Source: a virus
Virus record (IMG/VR): IMGVR_UViG_3300027704_000008
Span: 64,001-128,000 of that record
Reading direction: 5' to 3' (one strand)
DNA length: 64,000 nt
Below the pieces are notes generated by a model that saw only the letters and a list, made by a program, of their open reading frames with translations, made no database searches and had not been told where the DNA came from. Each line of letters starts with the position of its first letter. Position 1 is the stretch's first letter. The translations under genes and the position numbers were made by a program. Of this stretch, positions 1 to 10,160 are shown one piece after another.

Positions 1-1
1 G

Positions 2-262
2 GCTTCTGATAATAACCATGACGACATTGTGATGAACCTTGTGTTGTTTGGATATATAATTACAACAATGAAATTTGCTGAGATGACTGACATCAATATC
101 AAGGAAGTTATGTATAAGCAGCGTATGGCAGAGATTGAGAATGATGTCCCATCGTGGGGATTCCATAGCGATGGGTTGGAAGACGCTTCCAATCTTGATT
201 TATCGGACTCGTGGTCGGTCAAAGATGCCGAGGATGTGCCCGGAGGTTGGTGGTCTAAATAA
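2..262 (+). CDS. gp17: Terminase large subunit, C-terminal end (partial, starts before window)
   Basis: Open frame from nt 2 reads ASDNNHDDIVMNLVLFGY, the HDD-x-VM nuclease motif at the end of T4-type gp17; lies directly upstream of the tail sheath. Confidence 0.8.
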   Translation, partial: ASDNNHDDIVMNLVLFGYIITTMKFAEMTDINIKEVMYKQRMAEIENDVPSWGFHSDGLEDASNLDLSDSWSVKDAEDVPGGWWSK

Positions 263-269
263 CCTAATT

Positions 270-277
270 TATAAATA
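270..277 (+). promoter_or_regulatory. T4-type late promoter TATAAATA
   Basis: Exact gp55 consensus upstream of the tail sheath gene. Confidence 0.75.
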
Positions 278-348
278 ATGTTATTGAATATCCGTATACG
301 GATATGTCCGTATTATGCGAATCTTATAATTAGAGAAGGAAAATAAAA

Positions 349-2139
349 ATGGCTAAGTCAGCTTCTCCTGCAGTCACCACAACAGAGATAGATCTCACTA
401 GTGTCGTCCCTAGTGTTCAATCCTCTACTGGTGCCATGGTAGGCAATTTTAGATGGGGGCCTGTTGATCAGCCCATATTAGTGGGTAACGCAGAAACTCT
501 CGTAGAGACCTTCGGCAACCCAGCAGATGACACATCAGCAGTTGATTTTTTATCTGCTTCGCAATTTCTGCGATATGCAAGTACGTTATACGTAACAAGA
601 TCAGTAACATCTGCGGCAAAAAACGCGACGGCAAGAACTGATCCTCAAGGCGGGTCGTTTATAATCAAAAACGATGCAGCATATGACCTTTCTTATCCGG
701 GAGCTTTTGGTGCTGACAGTGCAGACCAATATACTGGTATGTTCTTTGCTAAGCATGCTGGTGCGTTGGGAAATAGTATTAAGGTCTCTATCGGTGCTGC
801 TTTGGTCGATGCGAGTACCGCTACTGCAGCGAATAATGCTTGGAATTATGGATCTTTATTTCCTGAGGCGCCAGGTACCAGTAAATTTGCGGCCGATCGG
901 GGTGCATCTCGCGATGAGGTCCACGTCGTAGTTGTAGATGTAGATGGGAAATTTACAGGAACCCTTGGTGCCGTACTAGAGACCTACAGCTTCTTATCTG
1001 TAGCTCCCGGTGCTAAGACCACAGATGGTGGAAATAATTACCTACCTGATGTTATTAATTCAGCTAGTAATTATATCCGATTTGGACATTACGACACAAC
1101 TTTTGCTCCTACAGGAACCTATTGGGGAGTCGAATCCACCGTTGCGGTGCCCCGAAATTACAGTACTGGGTCGGTAGCAGCAGTTTCGACACTCAACGCC
1201 ACTTCATCCCTATCATTTGTTGGTGGAGCCGACAGTGGTGCACTAGAGGATTCAGATCTGGTCGGTGCTAGCGGCTCAAATGCAGTATATACTGATGCCG
1301 AAACAATTACAGTTGATTTTCTAATTGCGCCCGGAATGTCTGCCACAATAGATCATAAAGCAGTTGTGGCCGATTTGTTAGCAATAGCAACCGCTCGTAA
1401 AGACTGTGTTGTTGTAGCATCCCCTAGCCGAGCATCAGTCGTAAATAATTCTGATCCGGTTACTGCTACCATAACAGAGTTTTCAGAGATGTCTTCATCG
1501 TACTTGTTCGTGGAGAATAATTACCTTAAGGTATTTGATGCCCAGAACGATAAATTTATATTCATACCTGCCGCATCTTCCACAGCTGGTATCATGGCCG
1601 CGTCTGATTTGGGTCAGGGTCCATGGTTCTCCCCTGCTGGACAGAAACGGGGCCAGTACCTCAACATAGTTGGTTTGGCTTATAGCGCTACTAAGGTACA
1701 ACGCGACTTGCTTTACAATGCTGGGATTAACCCAGTAGTTAACCTACCTGGCCGTGGGGTTATGTTGTTTGGTGACAAGACTAAAGAAACTCGACCCAGT
1801 GCATTTGACCGCATTAACGTGCGACGATTGTTCTTGGTAGTTGAACGATCAATTAGTCTGGCAGCCCGTAACGTTATGTTTGAATTCAACGACGAGTTTA
1901 CTCGAGCCGAATTCGTAAATATTATAGAACCATTCCTGAGAGAAATCAAAGGACGTCGAGGAATCACTGAGTTTTATGTACAGTGTGATGTGACAAACAA
2001 TACGCCTGCAGTCGTTGACCGCAATGAATTAATCGCCACAGTCTTCATCAAGCCAGCCCGTTCAATTAACTTCATAACACTTAATTTTGTTGCAGTTAGA
2101 ACCGGCGTTGACTTCGAAGAAGTAGTTGGCACAGTATAA
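349..2139 (+). CDS. gp18: Tail sheath protein
   Basis: SPAV..TEIDLT start, FRWGP, PWFSPAG, GDKT, FDRINVRRLF and KPARSINFITLNF motifs. Confidence 0.97.
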   Translation: MAKSASPAVTTTEIDLTSVVPSVQSSTGAMVGNFRWGPVDQPILVGNAETLVETFGNPADDTSAVDFLSASQFLRYASTLYVTRSVTSAAKNATARTDPQGGSFIIKNDAAYDLSYPGAFGADSADQYTGMFFAKHAGALGNSIKVSIGAALVDASTATAANNAWNYGSLFPEAPGTSKFAADRGASRDEVHVVVVDVDGKFTGTLGAVLETYSFLSVAPGAKTTDGGNNYLPDVINSASNYIRFGHYDTTFAPTGTYWGVESTVAVPRNYSTGSVAAVSTLNATSSLSFVGGADSGALEDSDLVGASGSNAVYTDAETITVDFLIAPGMSATIDHKAVVADLLAIATARKDCVVVASPSRASVVNNSDPVTATITEFSEMSSSYLFVENNYLKVFDAQNDKFIFIPAASSTAGIMAASDLGQGPWFSPAGQKRGQYLNIVGLAYSATKVQRDLLYNAGINPVVNLPGRGVMLFGDKTKETRPSAFDRINVRRLFLVVERSISLAARNVMFEFNDEFTRAEFVNIIEPFLREIKGRRGITEFYVQCDVTNNTPAVVDRNELIATVFIKPARSINFITLNFVAVRTGVDFEEVVGTV

Positions 2140-2168
2140 TTAGCGCTGCTAAAAGGAGAATATAACAA

Positions 2169-2696
2169 ATGGCTATTCTAGGCGTAGATGATTTTAAAGC
2201 TAAACTGAAAGGTGGCGGTGCTAGGCCAACGCTTTTCAAATGCACAATCGGTTTCCCGTTGTATGCTAATGGTGATGTTGAACTAACATCATTCATGTGC
2301 AAGGCTGCAAACCTACCCGCATCAAACTCAAGCTTCATCCCAATCGGATTCCGCGGCCGTCAGCTAAAAATTGCTGGCGATCGCACATTCGATCCATGGA
2401 CCATTACGGTTATCAACGATACAGATTTTTCTGTTCGTGATTCAATGGAACGTTGGATGAACGGTATTAATGCTCACCAAGCAAATACCGGTTTGACTAA
2501 TCCTCAAGATTATATGGCCGACATGCAAGTCGATCAGTATGACAAGGATGAGTCAATTATCAAGAGGTATAATATGCGTGGTGCGTTCCCAACCCAAATT
2601 TCTGAAATTGCTCTGAGTTATGACACTACAGACACAATTGAAGAATTCACGGTTGAGTTCCAGCTGCAGTACTGGGACAGCAACACAACCAGTTAA
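2169..2696 (+). CDS. gp19: Tail tube protein
   Basis: GGGARPTLF, GDRTFDPWTITVINDTDF and IEEFTVEF motifs; synteny. Confidence 0.96.
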   Translation: MAILGVDDFKAKLKGGGARPTLFKCTIGFPLYANGDVELTSFMCKAANLPASNSSFIPIGFRGRQLKIAGDRTFDPWTITVINDTDFSVRDSMERWMNGINAHQANTGLTNPQDYMADMQVDQYDKDESIIKRYNMRGAFPTQISEIALSYDTTDTIEEFTVEFQLQYWDSNTTS

Positions 2697-2722
2697 CCTG
2701 GTGGTTATAAGTGATCTAAATA

Positions 2723-2744
2723 GAAGGGTCCTTCGGGACCCTTC
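2723..2744 (+). other. Stable UUCG-tetraloop hairpin between gp19 and gp20 (weak terminator or 5' stabiliser)
   Basis: GAAGGGTCC-TTCG-GGACCCTTC, no long U tract. Confidence 0.55.
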
Positions 2745-2765
2745 GTATTAATAATAGGAACATCC

Positions 2766-4373
2766 ATGGCAGAAGAAGAAAAGAAAGCGCTCAACTTGTT
2801 TGGGTTTGAAATTACTCGTTCTAAGAAGTCTATACAGAATGACGACAACCTACCTTCCATAGTTCCTCCTACCGAAGAAGAAGGATCCGGCTTAGTAACA
2901 GCTGCCGGAGCTCACCTGGGCCACTACATCGATGTTGATGGTGGTGCCGCAAATTCAAAGGATAACCGGGCACTGATCAACAGCTACCGCGGTATATCTC
3001 AACACCCCGAAATAGATACAGCAGTCGAAGAGATTGTCAATGAAGCTATTATTGTGGGTGACAATAAGTCTACTGTCGAAATCAATCTTGAAGATATGCA
3101 GATTTCGGCGTCACTCAAGAAGAAGATAACTCTTGAGTTCGAGCATATTAACAACATGCTAAACTTCAACGCTATGGGCCACGACATTTTCAGATCGTGG
3201 TACGTTGACGGTCGCATATTCCATCACCTAGTACTGGATCCTAAGAAGCCTAAAGAAGGCATTAAGGAAATGCGGTATATTGATTCATGTTGTATCCGCA
3301 AGGTAAAACAAGTGAAGTACGACAAAGATCCTCAGTCTGGTGTAAAGACGGTAAAGGGTGTAGATGAGTTCTTTATTTATGAAGAGAAGACAAAGGGTGT
3401 CGGCGTTGGGTCGGCCAACGACTCCGTCAAGCTGACTCCTGAGAGCGTTAGCTATGTTACATCCGGACTGTTGAGTGATGACCGCAAGCAAGTGGTATCA
3501 TACTTGCATAAGGCTTTAAAACCCGTTAATCAGCTACGTATGATGGAAGACAGTCTGGTAATATACAGACTGGCTCGCGCACCAGAACGCCGTATATTCT
3601 ACATTGACGTCGGTTCGCTGCCTAAAGGTAAAGCTGATGCCTATATGAAAGATATCATGTCGCGCTACCGCAACAAGCTGGTGTATGATGCTAACACCGG
3701 ACATCTAAAAGATGATCGCAAGCATATGTCCATGCTCGAAGATTTCTGGTTGCCACGTCGTGAAGGTGGAAGAGGAACTGAGATTACTACCCTCCCCGGA
3801 GGAGAAAATCTTGGACAGATCGATGATATTCTATACTTTCAAAAGCGGTTGTATCGTTCATTGAACGTGCCCATTGGTCGCTTAGAAACAGAAAATCAGT
3901 TTTCTCTTGGTAGATCGTCAGAGATCTCTCGTGAAGAGTTAAATTTCCAAAAATTCGTTGACCGTTTACGCAATCGCTTTGCCGGCATCTTTATCAAGAC
4001 TCTCAAGAAGCAGCTAATCCTAAAGGGTATTTGCACTGAAGAAGACTGGGAAGATTGGAAGAATCATATCCACATAGATTTTATGAAGGACAACCACTTC
4101 ACCGAACTAGCTGAAGCTGAGATGTGGAGAGACCGCTTGTCCACGCTAGATCAGGCATGGAATTACGCCGGGGAGCTGTTTAGTAAAGAATGGATTATGA
4201 AAGAAGTTCTTAAAATGAGCGAGAACGAATACGCTGATATGCAAAAGCAGATGGCTAAGGAAAAGGATGCTGGAGAGGGTACGGAAGAGGATCCCAATTC
4301 ACAAGACCAAGACGTAGCTTCCAGTGACGGTGCACCTGAGCCGGATCAAGAGTCGCCTCCCAAAGACACCTAA
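2766..4373 (+). CDS. gp20: Portal vertex protein
   Basis: WYVDGR, YRLARAPERRIFYIDVG, EDFWLPRREGGRGTEITTLPGG motifs. Confidence 0.97.
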   Translation: MAEEEKKALNLFGFEITRSKKSIQNDDNLPSIVPPTEEEGSGLVTAAGAHLGHYIDVDGGAANSKDNRALINSYRGISQHPEIDTAVEEIVNEAIIVGDNKSTVEINLEDMQISASLKKKITLEFEHINNMLNFNAMGHDIFRSWYVDGRIFHHLVLDPKKPKEGIKEMRYIDSCCIRKVKQVKYDKDPQSGVKTVKGVDEFFIYEEKTKGVGVGSANDSVKLTPESVSYVTSGLLSDDRKQVVSYLHKALKPVNQLRMMEDSLVIYRLARAPERRIFYIDVGSLPKGKADAYMKDIMSRYRNKLVYDANTGHLKDDRKHMSMLEDFWLPRREGGRGTEITTLPGGENLGQIDDILYFQKRLYRSLNVPIGRLETENQFSLGRSSEISREELNFQKFVDRLRNRFAGIFIKTLKKQLILKGICTEEDWEDWKNHIHIDFMKDNHFTELAEAEMWRDRLSTLDQAWNYAGELFSKEWIMKEVLKMSENEYADMQKQMAKEKDAGEGTEEDPNSQDQDVASSDGAPEPDQESPPKDT

Positions 4374-4572
4374 TTGTTGGGATTAGACCCCGAGCAATAT
4401 CGGGCTCTAATGATAGCACAACTGAAGCTGCAATTGCTTACCAACTTTCCCAACCGACCAAAATCACCACATACAGCACCCATATATAACTCAGGTGAAA
4501 TGATAACGACTCCGAATAGTGATTCGGATGATAATGAAAGTGCCATTCGGGCACCACAATAGGAGATAGATT

Positions 4573-4818
4573 ATGTCAGGAATTGATGACATTATAGTTA
4601 ACACAATTAATAAAGATTTTGCGCAGGCCAACAATGATTTCAATGATATCATGCTGGATAAAATGAACGATCGCCTTGATGCTCAACGTGCATCGATAGC
4701 TCAGCAGATGGCTGGCCAAGTGTCGCCACCCGACGAATTAGATAATGATGCTTATGAAATCACAAACGATGACATAGAAGATCAATCTGAGGAGCCCGAA
4801 GAAGAGTCTGAAGAATAA
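4573..4818 (+). CDS. Prohead core protein (gp67-like), acidic
   Basis: Small acidic ORF with AGGAG RBS in the gp67 position between portal and protease. Confidence 0.55.
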   Translation: MSGIDDIIVNTINKDFAQANNDFNDIMLDKMNDRLDAQRASIAQQMAGQVSPPDELDNDAYEITNDDIEDQSEEPEEESEE

Positions 4819-4841
4819 TGGTCACTCTAAAATATAATCCT

Positions 4842-4849
4842 TATAAATA
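4842..4849 (+). promoter_or_regulatory. T4-type late promoter TATAAATA
   Basis: Exact consensus upstream of head assembly genes. Confidence 0.75.
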
Positions 4850-4863
4850 ATCTTAAAACTATT

Positions 4864-5052
4864 ATGAAATCATTTCAAGAAATTAGGGAAGCCGCTTCTT
4901 ACTCCAAGAGAGTGAAAGGTATAGTAACTACCGTCTCTAAGAAGGGTAATAGGTTTGTTGCTACTATTGACGGCGATAGGTTAGACGACTATAAAACCGA
5001 GAAAGAAGCAATAAAGATGATCGACGCTTTTATGAAAAATTACAAAGGGTAA
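4864..5052 (+). CDS. Small head protein (gp68 position)
   Basis: MKSFQEIREA start resembles a T4 capsid-targeting sequence; synteny. Confidence 0.5.
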   Translation: MKSFQEIREAASYSKRVKGIVTTVSKKGNRFVATIDGDRLDDYKTEKEAIKMIDAFMKNYKG

Positions 5053-5055
5053 ACC

Positions 5056-5718
5056 ATGAAGCTAATTTCAGAATTCAGTGAGACTAATCTAGAAGTTCTA
5101 ACTGAAGCTAAGAAGGACGGTACCAAATCTTACGCTATAGAGGGTGTATTTGCCCAAGCGGAAGCTAAAAACCGTAATGGTAGGATTTACCCTAAAAAAA
5201 TAATGGAATCGGCTGTTCACAAGTATGTAACAGATCAGGTAAAAACAGGACGAGCTGTGGGTGAGTTAAATCATCCAGAAGGACCCACAGTAAATCTTGA
5301 TAAAGTTTCTCACCTTATTACCGACCTTCACTGGGAAGGTAATAATGTAGTAGGAAAGGCATCAATCCTAGGAACTCCTATGGGCGAAATTGTAAAAGGT
5401 TTGCTCGAAGGTGGTGTTAGGTTGGGTGTATCAACTCGTGGTATGGGTAGCCTTGAGCAGCGTGAAAGCGCTATGTATGTAGGAGAAGACTTTGTTCTCA
5501 GTACGATAGATATCGTACAAGATCCATCGGCACATGAAGCATTCGTAAATGGAATTATGGAAGGTGTGGATTGGATTTGGAACAACGGAATCTTACAAGC
5601 TCAAGTCATTGAAAAAATGGAGACTGAAATACGAAACGCTCCTCGCAAAGGCCTTTATGAGGTTCAAACGCGTGAGTTCAAGAATTTCCTCTCGTCGCTT
5701 AAATCTAAAACATTTTAA
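5056..5718 (+). CDS. gp21: Prohead core scaffold protease
   Basis: NRNGRIYP, GELNHP, GVSTRGMGSL, DIVQDPSA motifs. Confidence 0.96.
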   Translation: MKLISEFSETNLEVLTEAKKDGTKSYAIEGVFAQAEAKNRNGRIYPKKIMESAVHKYVTDQVKTGRAVGELNHPEGPTVNLDKVSHLITDLHWEGNNVVGKASILGTPMGEIVKGLLEGGVRLGVSTRGMGSLEQRESAMYVGEDFVLSTIDIVQDPSAHEAFVNGIMEGVDWIWNNGILQAQVIEKMETEIRNAPRKGLYEVQTREFKNFLSSLKSKTF

Positions 5719-5730
5719 CAGGAGTCCTCT

Positions 5731-6777
5731 ATGGATTACGAAAACCAAGAAGAGCTCCACGATGACGAAAACGACATGGTGGAAACAGAAGAAGCATTTG
5801 ACGGCGCTAATGCCGAAGCAGATGCCGTAGCGTCAGTCGCAAAGACTAATAGCACTAAGCAAGCTCCGGCTCGCAAAGGTGACAAGAAGAACGGTGAAGC
5901 ACCCAAAAATGCGGGCGCTAAAATTGGAGCAATGTATGACAAAATGAAGACTCTTTCGAAGGAAGAGTTGGAAGTTGCATACGAATTACTTATGAGAGAA
6001 GATTTCGTTGAAGCTAGCGAAATTGATGAGTCTGAATTTGACGTTGACGTTGATGTTGATTTCACTGAAGACCTTAACGCTCTTGTTGATTCTGAAGCTA
6101 CTCTTTCTGAGGAGTTTAAAGAAAAGACAGCTGTTATCTTTGAAGCTGCTATCAAGTCAAAGGTGAAAGAAGAAATCAATCGCCTTGAAGGAGAATATGA
6201 AACTTTGATTGAAGAAGAGACTCAAGCAATTCGTGAGTCCTTAGTTGATCAGGTAGATGGTTACCTTAATTATGCCGTTGAAACATGGATGCAGGAGAAT
6301 GAATTAGCAATTGCTGGTGGCCTTCGGTCCGAGATCGCAGAAAACTTTATGAAAGGATTCTTTGATCTTTGCCAGGAAAACTACATTGAAGTTCCTGAAT
6401 CTAAAGTCGATCTGGTTGATGAACTTGCAGAGCAAGTTGAAGGACTAGAAAGCCAATTGAGCACTTCAATTGACGAAATGATCGAGATGACTCAAGTTAT
6501 TGAGTCTATGTCCCGAGCAGCTATCGTCAGTGAAGCGTCTTATGACCTTGCCGACACCCAAGCAGAAAAGCTTGCCGGTCTTGTTGAAGAACTGGACTTT
6601 GACGACGCAGAAACTTTCCTTCAGAAAGTTCTCGTATGCAAAGAATCATACTTCGGTAAAAAGATCGTAGAAAGCGATTCTTCAATTGCAGAAGAGATGG
6701 ATTCTGGAGAGCCTGAAAAGGAAGTTTCTCCTTTAATGGATTCATACCTTACTGCAATCCGTAAAACACACAAATAG
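5731..6777 (+). CDS. gp22: Prohead core (scaffold) protein
   Basis: Acidic coiled coil, LSEEFKEK..IFEAA, VDGYLNY..E.WM.EN. Confidence 0.92.
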   Translation: MDYENQEELHDDENDMVETEEAFDGANAEADAVASVAKTNSTKQAPARKGDKKNGEAPKNAGAKIGAMYDKMKTLSKEELEVAYELLMREDFVEASEIDESEFDVDVDVDFTEDLNALVDSEATLSEEFKEKTAVIFEAAIKSKVKEEINRLEGEYETLIEEETQAIRESLVDQVDGYLNYAVETWMQENELAIAGGLRSEIAENFMKGFFDLCQENYIEVPESKVDLVDELAEQVEGLESQLSTSIDEMIEMTQVIESMSRAAIVSEASYDLADTQAEKLAGLVEELDFDDAETFLQKVLVCKESYFGKKIVESDSSIAEEMDSGEPEKEVSPLMDSYLTAIRKTHK

Positions 6778-6800
6778 TAAAACAATAAGGAGTTTCCACA

Positions 6801-8156
6801 ATGGAACAATCATACGATCAATTGATCGAAAAATGGAGCCCAGTGCTCAACGAAGAGTCAGCCGGAACTATCACTGACCGTCACCGTAGGTCGGTCACCG
6901 CTGTCCTTCTCGAAAACCAACAAATGGCAATGCAAGCGCAACGTGCTCAAGAGACTGGTTTCTTAACAGAAACTGCCCCCACAAATACTGGTAGCATCGG
7001 TACTTGGGATCCCGTCTTGATCAGCCTTGTTCGTCGTGCAATGCCTAATCTTATGGCATATGACGTTTGTGGCGTTCAGCCAATGACTGGACCTACTGGT
7101 CTGATCTTTGCGATGAAAGCTCGCTACGGCACATCTGCTTCAGCTAATGACGGTACTAACGAAGCTCTGTACGCAGAAGCTGATACATTCCACAGCTCTG
7201 ATTCAGCTGACGGTGTTGGCCAAGCTCTGGGAACTCTCGGTGCTTCAGGTTTATCCGGTGTAACTGATACAGATGGTGACAGCGACATTGGTGACCAACG
7301 AACTGGTCCCGTTTTTGGTAACGGAATGACTACTCCAACCGCTGAAGGCCTTGGCGCTGGAGCAGGTAACGATTTTGCCGAGATGGGTTTCTCAATCGAG
7401 AAGTCTTCTGTAGAAGCTAAGTCTCGTGCCCTGAAAGCTGAGTACTCACTTGAACTGGCACAAGATTTGAAAGCTATCCACGGTCTTGACGCTGAGACTG
7501 AATTGGCCAACATCTTGTCTACTGAGATCCTCGCGGAAATTAACCGTGAAGTTATCCGTACTATCAACAGCCAAGCTAAGACTGGTGCGAGTACAGCTAA
7601 TGTTGTTACAAATGGTATCTTCGACCTCAGCACTGATGCTGATGGCCGTTGGTCTGCTGAGAAGTTCAAAGGTCTTATGGTCCAATTGGATCGTGAATGT
7701 AACGTAGTTGCTAAAGAAACTCGTCGTGGTAAAGGTAACATCGCAATCGTCTCTTCTGACGTTGCTACTGCCTTGGCTGCTTCTGGTGCATTGGACTATG
7801 CTCCTGCTCTTAGCACTAAGTTAGATGTTGATGATACTGGCAACACTTTTGCTGGTGTTCTTAATGGTCGAATCAAGGTTTACATCGATCCCTATTCAAC
7901 TGCTGACTACGTCACTGTTGGTTATAAAGGTACTAACCCTTATGACGCTGGTGTATTCTACTGCCCTTACGTACCTCTTCAGATGGTTCGTGCTGTTGGC
8001 GAGAATGATTTCCAACCACGTATCGGGTTCAAGACTCGTTACGGTATGGCTTCAAACCCATTTGTTGGAACTACACGTCATGATCAGACTGGCTTGGCTG
8101 CTGCCAAGACTAACCAATATTATCGTATTTTTCGTGTGGACAACATCCTCACATAG
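6801..8156 (+). CDS. gp23: Major capsid protein
   Basis: LVRRAMPNL, GVQPMTGPTGLIFAM, ELAQDLKAIHGLDAE, FYCPYVPLQM, FQPRIGFKTRYG. Confidence 0.98.
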   Translation: MEQSYDQLIEKWSPVLNEESAGTITDRHRRSVTAVLLENQQMAMQAQRAQETGFLTETAPTNTGSIGTWDPVLISLVRRAMPNLMAYDVCGVQPMTGPTGLIFAMKARYGTSASANDGTNEALYAEADTFHSSDSADGVGQALGTLGASGLSGVTDTDGDSDIGDQRTGPVFGNGMTTPTAEGLGAGAGNDFAEMGFSIEKSSVEAKSRALKAEYSLELAQDLKAIHGLDAETELANILSTEILAEINREVIRTINSQAKTGASTANVVTNGIFDLSTDADGRWSAEKFKGLMVQLDRECNVVAKETRRGKGNIAIVSSDVATALAASGALDYAPALSTKLDVDDTGNTFAGVLNGRIKVYIDPYSTADYVTVGYKGTNPYDAGVFYCPYVPLQMVRAVGENDFQPRIGFKTRYGMASNPFVGTTRHDQTGLAAAKTNQYYRIFRVDNILT

Positions 8157-8214
8157 ATCGATACATGGTTGATTAAGAGCAACACATTATAATAATAATA
8201 GTTGCCTTAGGATT

Positions 8215-8238
8215 GCCCTCTTCGGAGGGCTTTTTTTT
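8215..8238 (+). terminator. Rho-independent terminator after gp23
   Basis: GCCCTC-TTCG-GAGGGC followed by T8. Confidence 0.9.
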
Positions 8239-8392
8239 GTTCCGGGCAACGGCAAGAAGGTGCTAGATTTTGATGGATTATTACCCCCAATCCATGGTGT
8301 ATTTTACACCACAACTTTATAAGTATACTTACTGTCTCTGAATGCATGCGAGACAATTCTAACACAACCCATTCCCAAAACAGGAAAACATT

Positions 8393-9100
8393 ATGAAGAA
8401 AACTTTAATCTGTGCATCGGTAGCAGCAGCCTTATTTGCCGGCAACGCATTTGCTTCCGACTTATCCCTTGATGGGTCTATGGCTGTAACATCTGACTAT
8501 CGCTTCCGCGGAATCAGTCAATCTAACGATGACGTTGCAGTGCAAGGTTCTATTAACCTTAACCATGTATCTGGTCTACACGCTGGCGTTTGGGGTTCTT
8601 CTATTGACTTCAATGAAGTTGGTAATGAAGATGCTACTCTTGAACTCGACTACACTGCTGGATATGTTTTTGAAGTATCTACTGTTGCCATCGATCTGGG
8701 TTATATCTACTATACTTATCCTAATGACGGTAGTAATGACAACAACGATTATGGTGAAGTTTATGCCGCTGCTGATTGGAACGGCTTTGATGTGGGTGTC
8801 AACTGGACTGACGATGGATATGGTAAGAGTGGAAAAGCTACATATGTCCATGGCGGATATAGTTATGACTTTGGTGTTGTAACTTTGGGAGCTGAAGTTG
8901 GTGAAACCTTCTTAGATACGGCTACATTCGCTAATGGTGATGACAAGTATTTCAACTTTGAAGTATCGGCTACGGTAACTTTGCTCGAAAAGTTAGATGT
9001 GGAAGTCGCTTATGTTGGTACTGACTTGAGCAAGAATGATATTGGTGGGCTGGACTGGGCACAAAACGCTGCGGTAGCCACTATTACTCTTAATCTGTAA
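8393..9100 (+). CDS. TorF-family / TIGR02001-like outer-membrane beta-barrel protein (putative porin)
   Basis: Sec signal peptide (..AFA/S), SDYRFRGISQS, AVQG, GVWGSSIDF, ELDYTAGY, YYTYP motifs, amphipathic C-terminal strand. Confidence 0.85.
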   Translation: MKKTLICASVAAALFAGNAFASDLSLDGSMAVTSDYRFRGISQSNDDVAVQGSINLNHVSGLHAGVWGSSIDFNEVGNEDATLELDYTAGYVFEVSTVAIDLGYIYYTYPNDGSNDNNDYGEVYAAADWNGFDVGVNWTDDGYGKSGKATYVHGGYSYDFGVVTLGAEVGETFLDTATFANGDDKYFNFEVSATVTLLEKLDVEVAYVGTDLSKNDIGGLDWAQNAAVATITLNL

Positions 9101-9123
9101 CAGCTAATACATCATCTGTATCC

Positions 9124-9147
9124 AAGGCCCGAGAGGGCCTTTTTTTT
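9124..9147 (+). terminator. Rho-independent terminator after the porin gene
   Basis: AAGGCCC-GAGA-GGGCCTT plus T run. Confidence 0.9.
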
Positions 9148-9151
9148 GACT

Positions 9152-9191
9152 TATAAATAGTGTTGACAACATATAGGATTTATAGGATAAT
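9152..9191 (+). promoter_or_regulatory. Late promoter (TATAAATA) plus sigma70-like promoter (TTGACA-N17-GATAAT)
   Basis: TATAAATA 9152-9159; TTGACA 9163-9168; GATAAT 9186-9191. Confidence 0.65.
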
Positions 9192-9196
9192 ACACC

Positions 9197-9697
9197 ATGG
9201 CTTCCACCTTTAACGACATCAGCTTGTTCCAGCCCACAGGCTTCCAGATTAGCATTGAACGGGCAAACTTCTCAGCTATTACTTTTTTTGCGCAGCAAGT
9301 GATGCACCCCAGTATGGCGACCACCTCAGCCGAGTTAAGTTCGCCTCGGTTGCAGAGCATACCAATGCCGGCAGATACGGTTGTTTTTGGTGAGCTTAGT
9401 ATTAATGCAGTACTTGATGAGAACTTCAAAGCATACAAGGAAATATACACATGGATGCTTAAACTGGTCAATAGTAACTTTTTACCGGCTGGTTCTAGGA
9501 CAGCTACAGAACCACCAAGTCATTGTGATATTACAGTTATAGCACTGACTAGCGCCAACAACCCCAACATCACAATTAAATATAGGGACTGTGTACCCAC
9601 AAGTGTGGGCGACATAACTTTCGATTCAACAATGTCGGATGTTACCGTCATATCCTTCCCCACGACGTTTAAATTTTCACACTTCGAAGTCATATAA
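9197..9697 (+). CDS. gp3: Tail completion / tube terminator protein
   Basis: LFQPTGF, DENFKAYKEIYTWM, YRDCVPTSVG motifs typical of T4-like gp3. Confidence 0.8.
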   Translation: MASTFNDISLFQPTGFQISIERANFSAITFFAQQVMHPSMATTSAELSSPRLQSIPMPADTVVFGELSINAVLDENFKAYKEIYTWMLKLVNSNFLPAGSRTATEPPSHCDITVIALTSANNPNITIKYRDCVPTSVGDITFDSTMSDVTVISFPTTFKFSHFEVI

Positions 9698-9716
9698 CTG
9701 AGGAAACGCTTATATC

Positions 9717-10160
9717 ATGGATATTGATGTTATTATGGAACAGTGGAAGAACGATTGTGTAATTGATCCTTACAAACTCGACGACACATCTCGTAACACA
9801 CCGATGCTTCACGCGAAGTATCTCCATCTCCTTTCTAAAGCTAAATTGCGGCACAAAAACTGCCAACTGCAGCAGAAGACTCTATTGCTAAAGAAATGGA
9901 AATATTACAACGGAAAAATGGATGAGGATGAGATTGTATCTACCGGTTGGGAACTGGATCCTTTGAATGGTCTCAAGGTGCTTAAAGGTGATATGGACCT
10001 ATACTATGATAGCGATAAAGAAATTCAAGGGAGTGAAGCTGATATCGCATACTATAAAATGATGATAGATACATTAACGGATATAGTAGATAGCCTCAAA
10101 TGGCGACATCAAACAATTGGCAACATGATTAAATGGAAGCAATTTGAAGCTGGTGGATAA
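9717..10160 (+). CDS. uvsY: Recombination mediator
   Basis: TPMLHAKY, KWKYYNGK, KWRHQTIGNMIKW..F motifs; precedes uvsW. Confidence 0.9.
   Translation: MDIDVIMEQWKNDCVIDPYKLDDTSRNTPMLHAKYLHLLSKAKLRHKNCQLQQKTLLLKKWKYYNGKMDEDEIVSTGWELDPLNGLKVLKGDMDLYYDSDKEIQGSEADIAYYKMMIDTLTDIVDSLKWRHQTIGNMIKWKQFEAGG

Noticed and set aside
4374-4562. ORF after the portal gene
   Set aside because: TTG start with no RBS and no recognisable motif; not supportable, although it could be real
8250-8265. sigma54 promoter before the porin (GGCAAGAAGGTGC); similarly TGGTCTTCAAGCTAGC at ~57134 and ~62251
   Set aside because: GG-to-GC spacing is 9 and 11 nt, not the required 10
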